From Patescibacteria group bacterium (GTDB taxonomy: Bacteria > Patescibacteriota > Gracilibacteria > UBA1369 > PNNO01), in contig JBHPJE010000004.1 of NCBI GenBank assembly GCA_042568205.1, positions 1,280 to 65,279 of the forward strand: a stretch of 64,000 nt of DNA, read 5' to 3'. Below are positions 8,681 to 15,800 of the stretch, piece by piece (the stretch's first letter is position 1; every line of letters begins with the position of its first letter). The notes under the pieces were generated by a model. It searched no databases. It worked only from the letters and a program-made list of their open reading frames with translations, and was not told where the DNA came from. The translations under genes were made by a program, and so were the position numbers.

Positions 8681-9295
8681 TTAATTATTATAAGCATCCT
8701 TAGTTCTAATATTATGATGATCTAAATACCAATTAAGATTATCTGTGATTGGTTGTTGTAAAATTATATCTTTTGCTCTTTTTCTCCATTGTGCTATTAA
8801 ATCTTTACTAGCCTCAGGAAATTCAGTCATAGCAGCAGAATAACCTACAGTAAAAGATAAAAGAAAACATCTTAATTGCTTTACTTGTGTTTCTCTAAAA
8901 TCTCCACTTTCAATAAGCCCATTTACAACAACTGTTAACTCCTGTTTAGCAATTTTTCGTTTGGTTTCAGCAACGATTTCGTCGATATCTGCTTTCAATT
9001 TTTCTTTTTCTCTTTCCTCTCTCCTTGCTTGAGCTTCTTTCTTTTTAATCTGATCAATAGCCCAATACTTCCATGTTCGGTATGCATAACCTTTAGGATT
9101 ATCCATTTCTCCACCTGATACTATTAAAATCTTCTTATAGAGCACCTCAAGGGTGTTCATATTATATGTAATTTGAGGATAATTAATTGCTATTTCTTCA
9201 ATCCCTTGCTGAATACAAGTAATGAGTAATTTCTTTCTTAAATCTGAAGATTCATCCTGAGTCTCAGTAGCCAAATTGTGTTTAGCGTTTTCCAT
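8681..9295 (-). CDS. hypothetical protein with remote sigma-70/ECF-like features (204 aa)
   Basis: NPKGYAYRTWKYWAIDQIKKK resembles sigma region 2. C-terminal QVKQLRCFLLSFTVGYSAAMTEFPEASKDLIAQWRKRAKDII resembles the region 4 HTH. Similarity judged by eye only. Confidence 0.3.
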   Translation of the reverse strand: MENAKHNLATETQDESSDLRKKLLITCIQQGIEEIAINYPQITYNMNTLEVLYKKILIVSGGEMDNPKGYAYRTWKYWAIDQIKKKEAQARREEREKEKLKADIDEIVAETKRKIAKQELTVVVNGLIESGDFRETQVKQLRCFLLSFTVGYSAAMTEFPEASKDLIAQWRKRAKDIILQQPITDNLNWYLDHHNIRTKDAYNN

Positions 9296-9437
9296 ATATA
9301 TTAGTTAAGTATAAATCTTCGATGAATTGTTGATTTATTCAAGATACAACTTTAATGCCATTCGACACATATGTCAATGAATATATGTCAAATGCTCAAC
9401 TATGACCACTTTTTATGCTTGAATATACAATTTATTC

Positions 9438-9478
9438 TGTCAACAAATTTTGACAACATGCGCATTTAATGATAGAAT
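9438..9478 (+). promoter_or_regulatory. promoter TTGACA-17 nt-TAGAAT overlapped by inverted repeat TGTCAA-N6-TTGACA
   Basis: TGTCAA at 9438-9443 and TTGACA at 9450-9455 (also the -35), TAGAAT at 9473-9478, ATG at 9507. Two further ATATGTCAA direct repeats at 9369-9377 and 9383-9391. Confidence 0.45.
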
Positions 9479-9506
9479 GTGTTCATATATATAATTTAAA
9501 TTACTA

Positions 9507-10310
9507 ATGATAGAGAATATCCTCAAAAACATTGGCCTAAAACGAAAGGAAATTAAAATTTACCTAGCTTTATTGCCTCTTGGTAGCGCTCCTGCCTCTG
9601 TATTAGGTAAACAAACCAACATTAGTAGAAGCACCGCTCATTACACCTGCAAACAACTTGAACAAAAGGGCCTTGTAAGTTCTACTTTTAAAAAAAATAC
9701 TGATTATTTTAATGCTGAGCCACCTGATAAATTACAATTAATTGTGGATAGAAAAATAAAAAAATTGGAGGTTGATAAAGAAGAACTACATCGGATGTCG
9801 AGTAATTTGATGAGGTTGATTAATCCTCAAGCAGTTTTGCCAAAAATGCGCTTCTACGAAGGTGTTGACGGATTAATATCATTATTTAATGATGAGTTAA
9901 CCTTAAAGGAAGATGAAATTTTATATGGGGCGCATAGATACTTTAGGGATTCCCCAAAAGAATTGGTAGATTACTTTCAAAATACTTATGATAAAAAGAG
10001 AGAAAAACAAAAATACCAGTCATATTCAATTAGGACAAATATACCAGAGGCTATTGAAAGAAGTAAGTTAGACAAGGTAATAAATCGGACATCACTTTTT
10101 ATTCCTGAAAAAGAATTCCCTTTCGAATCCTCTTTTCAAATCTATAAGAATAAAATTGTATTTTATTCTTTACAAAAATCAGATTTAACAGGAGTACTTA
10201 TAGAAAATGATCATATGAAAACAACAATGCTAAGTTTATTTCGCATGGCCTGGAATTATGCAAAAACCCTTAAAATCAACAAAGGTTTCAAGAATATTCC
10301 AACTTTATAA
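9507..10310 (+). CDS. TrmB-family transcriptional regulator
   Basis: N-terminus LKNIGLKRKEIKIYLALLPLGSAPASVLGKQTNISRSTAHYTCKQLEQKGLVS matches the TrmB winged-helix pattern. Length is typical of the family. Confidence 0.7.
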   Translation: MIENILKNIGLKRKEIKIYLALLPLGSAPASVLGKQTNISRSTAHYTCKQLEQKGLVSSTFKKNTDYFNAEPPDKLQLIVDRKIKKLEVDKEELHRMSSNLMRLINPQAVLPKMRFYEGVDGLISLFNDELTLKEDEILYGAHRYFRDSPKELVDYFQNTYDKKREKQKYQSYSIRTNIPEAIERSKLDKVINRTSLFIPEKEFPFESSFQIYKNKIVFYSLQKSDLTGVLIENDHMKTTMLSLFRMAWNYAKTLKINKGFKNIPTL

Positions 10311-10315
10311 TTCCT

Positions 10316-10352
10316 GTTCGAACAAACACTAAACACTCACCCCATTGAAATT
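10316..10352 (+). repeat. att-like repeat R2 (identical to R1)
   Basis: GTTCGAACAAACACTAAACACTCACCCCATTGAAATT, starting 5 nt after the TrmB-like stop codon. Confidence 0.85.
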
Positions 10353-10359
10353 GGCTTGT

Positions 10360-10803
10360 TTAAGCTGTTTTCGGTCTTTTCATTAACACTTTTGGACAAG
10401 TCCCCTCTCTATTATGACCAGTGATTTCAAAACCATGTTTTTTATAGAAAGATATTGCTCTATCGTTATTCTCATAAGTGTCTAAGTGTATTTCTTTACC
10501 TTTCTGAATTAAATCATTAAGAAGTTTTGAACCTATTCCAAGACTTTGATATTCAGGTAGGATATTGAGCAATCCTAGATGAATAATGTTGTTTTTTTCA
10601 GACCAACTAATTAAACCTATCTTTTTATTTTTATAAAAAACTATCTTATCTCTTTCATAATTGATCTTTTTGGGAATCTCTTTTTTTTCTTTTTCTTCAT
10701 CCCAAGGCTTATATTGTTCAATTATAGATTTAATTGTAGCTTTCCTAATTAAAAAATAGAATTCTGATTCATCTTTTTCGACATTTTTTAATTCAATATC
10801 CAT
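10360..10803 (-). CDS. GNAT-family N-acetyltransferase
   Basis: Acetyl-CoA binding-type motif YQSLGIGSKLLNDLIQKGK and C-terminal NDRAISFYKKHGFEITG. Confidence 0.8.
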   Translation of the reverse strand: MDIELKNVEKDESEFYFLIRKATIKSIIEQYKPWDEEKEKKEIPKKINYERDKIVFYKNKKIGLISWSEKNNIIHLGLLNILPEYQSLGIGSKLLNDLIQKGKEIHLDTYENNDRAISFYKKHGFEITGHNREGTCPKVLMKRPKTA

Positions 10804-10848
10804 ATATATTATTAAATGTATACAAATTTATATTAAATCATAAAACCA

Positions 10849-10971
10849 GTTCGAACAAATACTAAACACTCACCCCATTTATTTAGAGGCGCTGTTTTGG
10901 TTTATTTGAAGATGTTTGCGGCGGTTTGACCGAGGAGTGATGAGTATGTAGTGATTATGCGATGTTCGAAC
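10849..10971 (+). repeat. att-like repeat R3 (29 nt) fused to X2, the second copy of the 94-nt tRNA-His trailer
   Basis: GTTCGAACAAATACTAAACACTCACCCCA at 10849-10877 has 1 mismatch to R1. It continues exactly as the sequence after the tRNA does (TTTATTTAGAGGCGCTG...) through GTTCGAAC at 10964-10971. Confidence 0.85.
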
Positions 10972-11104
10972 TTTTTGCCATATCTCATAATTGATGTTAA
11001 ATTCAAATTGTTTGTTGGATAATGAACGTCACAACCAAAAAGTGTAGGCGTTCGTTCAATACAACGCCTGCTCTTTGAAGACTCACGCAGAAAGAGAAAA
11101 AAAT

Positions 11105-11395
11105 ATGCCTGCTAAACCGAACACACCTCCACCTAAGATTCAAGTTAACACTGGGCAGAATACATTAAAAACTAACTGCTTGGCTGGTGCTTGGGGTAGA
11201 AATGATGGTGAAGACTCCATCGAAGGTTGCAAAGGTGATGCTAGCCATGAAGCAGTTTACGATGAGCTGTGGTCATTGAGATGCTGTAGCAATCCTGCCT
11301 GCCAGGAGTGGGCCAAAGGATATGTCGTCCGCGAAAGGAACAGAAACACCGTTCCAACTCTTCGTGGCGCACTGCAAGGCAAAATCGAGCTTTGA
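11105..11395 (+). CDS. small Cys-rich hypothetical protein (96 aa) in a GC-rich patch
   Basis: ATG at 11105 preferred over the TTG at 11075. Six Cys (..NCLAGAW..EGCKGD..LRCCSNPACQEW..). Local G+C visibly higher than surrounding DNA. 6-bp hairpin ACGATG..CATCGT follows the stop. Confidence 0.5.
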   Translation: MPAKPNTPPPKIQVNTGQNTLKTNCLAGAWGRNDGEDSIEGCKGDASHEAVYDELWSLRCCSNPACQEWAKGYVVRERNRNTVPTLRGALQGKIEL

Positions 11396-11484
11396 GCAGG
11401 AGTCAACTTACGATGAAGCGTGAGCATCGTGAGTTTGACCTAAATCAGTTTATTTGTCATATTCCCAAACCTTAATTTAGTTTC

Positions 11485-11825
11485 ATGAAAGGTGTAAAAA
11501 TTTCGAATGCTTACAATGCGGTATTTGTTGTTATACTCCACGCATTGATTTTGGTAACGGTGTAGTGAAGCCTCCAATGACTCCATGTAATTTTCTTGAA
11601 GTAGAAGAAATTAAAGATAGAGCATTAAGTGCTGCAAATTGTACTATACATGATAAAAAGCGACCTGATATTTGTGAAGATTTCACAAACAGTCAGTTTG
11701 GAGGACCATGTACAAGAGGACTTTTCTTTTGGAAAGAACATGTAGATAGAAATTTAGTTGATCTTGATAAAATTCCAGAAAAAGTACGTTTAATACTAGA
11801 AGGCATTTATAGTAGGACATCTTAA
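11485..11825 (+). pseudogene. YkgJ/UPF0153-type CxxCxxCC Fe-S/zinc protein, interrupted by a frameshift in an A5 run
   Basis: ATG at 11485 reads MKGVK, then goes out of frame at the A-run 11496-11500. The frame of track ORF 11565..11825 is open back to 11481 and encodes ..CKNFECLQCGICCYTPR.., i.e. the family signature lies upstream of any in-frame start. One extra A would give an intact ORF. Confidence 0.6.
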
Positions 11826-11829
11826 AACT

Positions 11830-11866
11830 GTTCGAACAACGTGTAAACACTCACCCCATTGAAATT
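11830..11866 (+). repeat. att-like repeat R4 (33/37 identical to R1)
   Basis: GTTCGAACAACGTGTAAACACTCACCCCATTGAAATT, starting 4 nt after the stop at 11825. Confidence 0.8.
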
Positions 11867-11940
11867 CGCTTTTTTGAGCTGTAGTTGTACATTAAATTCA
11901 AAATGGTATAATTTTATAATGTTAATTAACAATTATCCAC

Positions 11941-12231
11941 ATGGAAACAAAAGTTGTAAAATTTGAAATCGGAAAAATCTTAGCAATAATCATTGTAGTA
12001 ATTGCAATTGCAGTGCTAGCAAGTTTTGTTGTTAAAAGTACGTTTTTCGGAGGTAACATTAAAACTGCACCTATTGAGCCTTTAATTGAAAAGATTGAGT
12101 TTGATCCAACAAAGCATGAGCTTGATAAAACCTTTATAATTGATGAAAGCATTAATGTGCCAATCAATTCTGGTGATGAATTATTAGATCAAGATGCTGA
12201 CTTTAAGCCAGAATTTGAATCGCCAAAGTAA
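11941..12231 (+). CDS. small single-pass membrane protein (96 aa)
   Basis: TM segment ILAIIIVVIAIAVLASFVV followed by an acidic tail. Preferred over antisense ORF 11922..12167. Confidence 0.5.
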   Translation: METKVVKFEIGKILAIIIVVIAIAVLASFVVKSTFFGGNIKTAPIEPLIEKIEFDPTKHELDKTFIIDESINVPINSGDELLDQDADFKPEFESPK

Positions 12232-12250
12232 GCTACGATGGCGCTCTTTT

Positions 12251-12817
12251 TTATTCTCCTTTTAATATTTTTCTAAGTGCTTTATATGCTTCTTTATATT
12301 GCTTAGCGAAAGCTTCGCCATCCTCTTTAGTAACGTGTGTGATATTTGGTATTTGATATTGTGGCTCAAAAGAACATGCGTCCCGAATCTCTTTTGGAAG
12401 TAATTTTGCAAATGTATTTAGTCTTTCACTGCCATAGCCACTACTTAATCCTGTTTCTGGGTCAACATACAAAATAGTTAGACATTCTCCTTGTTTTATT
12501 TCTTCAGGAGTGTACATAGTCCCATCATTCTCGCATGGAAACGCCCCTAGAAGTAATTTACAACCTTTAGGGTATTTTTCTCTTAAATTTCTAAAATTTT
12601 GTTTAAAATAATCTAATTTTGCTTCGAGTAATTCGTCAGACATAAAATCATCACCATATACCTCAAACACTTCTTGTAAATCCTCTAATGGTATTGATTC
12701 TGCTTGATCAACAGATATTGGGACTCCTGCATTATTGTATTCGACGAGGCGTTGCGACTCATTCAATATTGTCATTGCAACTATTGCATCACTTTGATTA
12801 AATTCTAATTTATTCAT
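12251..12817 (-). CDS. acidic hypothetical protein (188 aa), downstream partner of the giant kinase-domain gene
   Basis: ORF starting 24 nt downstream of the stop of the 1962-aa gene on the same strand. No motif recognised. Confidence 0.65.
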   Translation of the reverse strand: MNKLEFNQSDAIVAMTILNESQRLVEYNNAGVPISVDQAESIPLEDLQEVFEVYGDDFMSDELLEAKLDYFKQNFRNLREKYPKGCKLLLGAFPCENDGTMYTPEEIKQGECLTILYVDPETGLSSGYGSERLNTFAKLLPKEIRDACSFEPQYQIPNITHVTKEDGEAFAKQYKEAYKALRKILKGE

Positions 12818-12841
12818 ATGTTTTTATGTTATTTATATTAA

Positions 12842-15800
12842 TTAAAGTTGATCAACTACATTTTGTAAAGATATATAATCCGGATCTCTGCTGCCGTCAG
12901 GTTTAAATTCTGTAGGATGGTTTCTGACATCTCTTAGTTTATTAGCTAGATCATACAATTTTTTCGCACTTGCAGGCGCATCTTCATTCAAAGTATAACT
13001 ATGATCCCAATCATCATCGGGTTTTGTCTTTGTAACATGTCCTCTTGCTTTTAGTCTTTCTAAAATAGTAGATCCTACTCCATATTTATCTCCGGCATCA
13101 ACCGGCAATTTACCGCTAACAGAATCTGAAATTAATTGCGGATTATGATAAAGGGCAGTAAATCCCACATTATACATTTGACCATCCTTTCCTTTAAAGA
13201 ATGGAATTTCAACTAAATTCCCTTGGATTTCAACTTGAAATACTGTAAGCCCACCAGCTTTATCCAATTTCCCAAAATTAGATTGCCTTGTCATACTACC
13301 TATATCGATAAGCTCGCCTGTATTAACCAACTTCCCTTCAGCGTTTTTTATTTTACCAATAACAACATTTGCGGGTTTTAAATCATTATGCGCCATCCCT
13401 TTTACGTGTAAAGAAATAGCTCCCTTGCACATTCCTTTTAAAACTTGTGAAAATTCCTTATCACTCAATGTTCCTAATTTTGACTCTAATTCATGCGATT
13501 CTCCTTTAATATCAGACACCTTTTCGTAAAGAATAAATCCTTTTGTTCTAAAAACAGGTTTTGCTATATGTGCATCACCAGGATGAGGACCATGTTCTTG
13601 ACTAGCTTGTGAATAATCTCCAACATTAAAGTGTTCATAATCAAATTGGGGTTTTGCTTCAGTATTACCCGGAATTAATATCTTATATGCCCCTTCTTTT
13701 AATTTATTAGACGGTTTAATTACATACCATGTTTCAAAAGCTACACCTATTCCACCCTCTTCACCCAATTGCTTTCCTTTATACATTCTTATTGTTCGAC
13801 CGTTTTCGTCTGTATGCTCTGTTGCTCCTTTTAGCATTGCTCTTATCATTTTCTCGTTTGCAATTTCTGGATTTGCCTTAAGAATCGCTTTATCATCTGG
13901 TGTTAATTCATGTCTCTTTTTCCCAGTTTCTATTAATTTATTTATTTGATCAGGACTCATCCCCTCAAACAATTTTGCTAAATTTTCCTTCATCATTGAA
14001 TCAAGTTTCGGTCTGATTCTTTTACCATGAGGATTAAACTCAGTACCAACATAAGCAATTAACAATTGTTTAAAATCTTTACCATCTTTTGATGTTCCAT
14101 TTATCAAATCAGCTAAATCAACAGCATTTTCTGAATTGAACTCAACACCATTTGCTTTTAATTGTGTAAGAGCTCTAACAAAGGCCTTACCTTTCATTAA
14201 CCGTACATCTAATGATGGGAATTCAGAATTATCGGATAAGTTTCCAAATCTTCCTGCATGTTTTTCCAAACCAAAATCGCGTAATTTTCCAACAACATCA
14301 CTAACTTCATCAGCTACTTGTTGTAAACGATCAAGTTCAGCAACTCTTTCCTGCAAAGTTGTAAATCTTGATTTATCACTATAATTAGTAACTTGCTTAA
14401 CTTCAGCTCCTAAACTTCTTATTCTTAAACTATCAGCTTTAAATTGAATTTCTCCATGTAGTTGAATAAGCTCTTTGACTATTTTTTGCCTTTGTTTTAA
14501 TGACTTCATTTGCCGCCCGGTACTTGTCATGAAAGATAGTTCCTTATTTGATATTTCTTTTGCTAAATCGTGCAAACTAATTTTTTCTAATTCTACTCTT
14601 AGCTTATCTAATTCAATTTGTACCATTTTGTCAGGTGCCTCTGCTCTCTTTGGTTCATATTTAATACCTTTAATACTTGCGGCTTTTGGTTGTGCTTTAG
14701 GAAATAAATCTACATTTCCACCTGATGCTGGCTCTCCTTGAACAAGTGTTCCTGCGGCTCTTGCTTCAGGCGAACCTATAGCTGGAGGTTTAGATGAAGA
14801 AGGAGGAGAGGGTTGTGCAGTTGAACCAGCCCATTCAATATTTGTCTTTCCTCTGATTTGATTCACAGATTTAAATTCAGGGATAGGGCCACAACCCATA
14901 GCTCCAAGTTTTTGAGTTGGTATAATTTTTATATCTAGTAAAAGTTTTGGTATTTTTTTCGCGTATTTAGTCAAACCATACTTTTTGTTAAATTTAGACA
15001 TAGAACCACCACAATCTTGCACCAATAGCGCAAAGGCTTCTCTTATGGTTTTGTTTTTGAAGTATTTAACAATCCTTACTTTATTCTTTACGAAGAATCT
15101 TTCGGCTTTCCTTCTATCGGCTATTTGCTGTTCTGACATAATTGCTGTTCCTTTTGGAAGTTTTACTTTAATTTCAACTCCTCCTTTTCTAATACTTACT
15201 GTCCCATCTTGATTCTGTATTGCTAAAAATCCTCGTTCTCTTAACTCTAGAATTGTTTCCTGATAATCTTCTTTATTTTTGAATGTATATTCGCCTTTTT
15301 TATTCTTAGTAAGATTTGGGATTCTTGTAATTTCTGCCTGAGGTGTTAAATTCTCGCTTTGTTTAGCAGGTTTAACTTCAAAAGCAGAGATTTCCTTATC
15401 TATAACTTTGCCATCCTTCCCTCTAACTTTTGTTTTAAGATAAATAAATACATTTTTATTTTTATCAATTTTATAACTAAAGTGTTGATCAGGCTTACTT
15501 CCAAATTTTGCAGCTAAATTTTGTACAAACTGTTTAGGATTTGCAGTTGTATAAACGAAATTATTTCCTTCGGTTGCAAATCCTACATCTGTAGCACCAA
15601 TTCCGTGTAAAGCTAATTGTGTATGTGGACTTTTAGAACAACCTATTGCCGAAACTATCCATCCTACATACGGATTTGTTCTTTCAGCACCTTCTTCGAA
15701 ACCCTCCTGACCTAATTCTCTACTAAAATCTCTAAAAGTACTATTTTTACCCTGAATATAATTTTCAGGATCTAAAAATTTACCAATACTTTGAATTTTT

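Larger units (their letters stand above)
4663..11866. mobile_element. putative tRNA-His-associated cassette array or genomic islet (no recombinase in window)
   Basis: Four copies of a repeat containing the tRNA-His 3' end (CACTCACCCCA) plus a duplicated 94-nt tRNA flank partition this interval into four gene cassettes. Composition is heterogeneous. Confidence 0.45.

Noticed and set aside
5826-11866. Could the 37-nt repeats be a CRISPR array?
   Set aside because: Spacing between copies is about 0.5 to 4.5 kb and the intervals contain complete genes. There is no regular 25-50 nt spacer pattern and no cas genes.
11933-11941. Perfect DnaA-box 9-mer TTATCCACA
   Set aside because: It is a single isolated copy overlapping a start codon. 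A lone 9-mer match is expected by chance in 64 kb on two strands, and there is no box cluster, AT-rich unwinding element or dnaA/dnaN nearby.
11922-12167. 81-aa minus-strand ORF overlapping 11941..12231
   Set aside because: It is the antisense shadow. The + strand ORF has an ATG start, a clean TM helix and an acidic tail.
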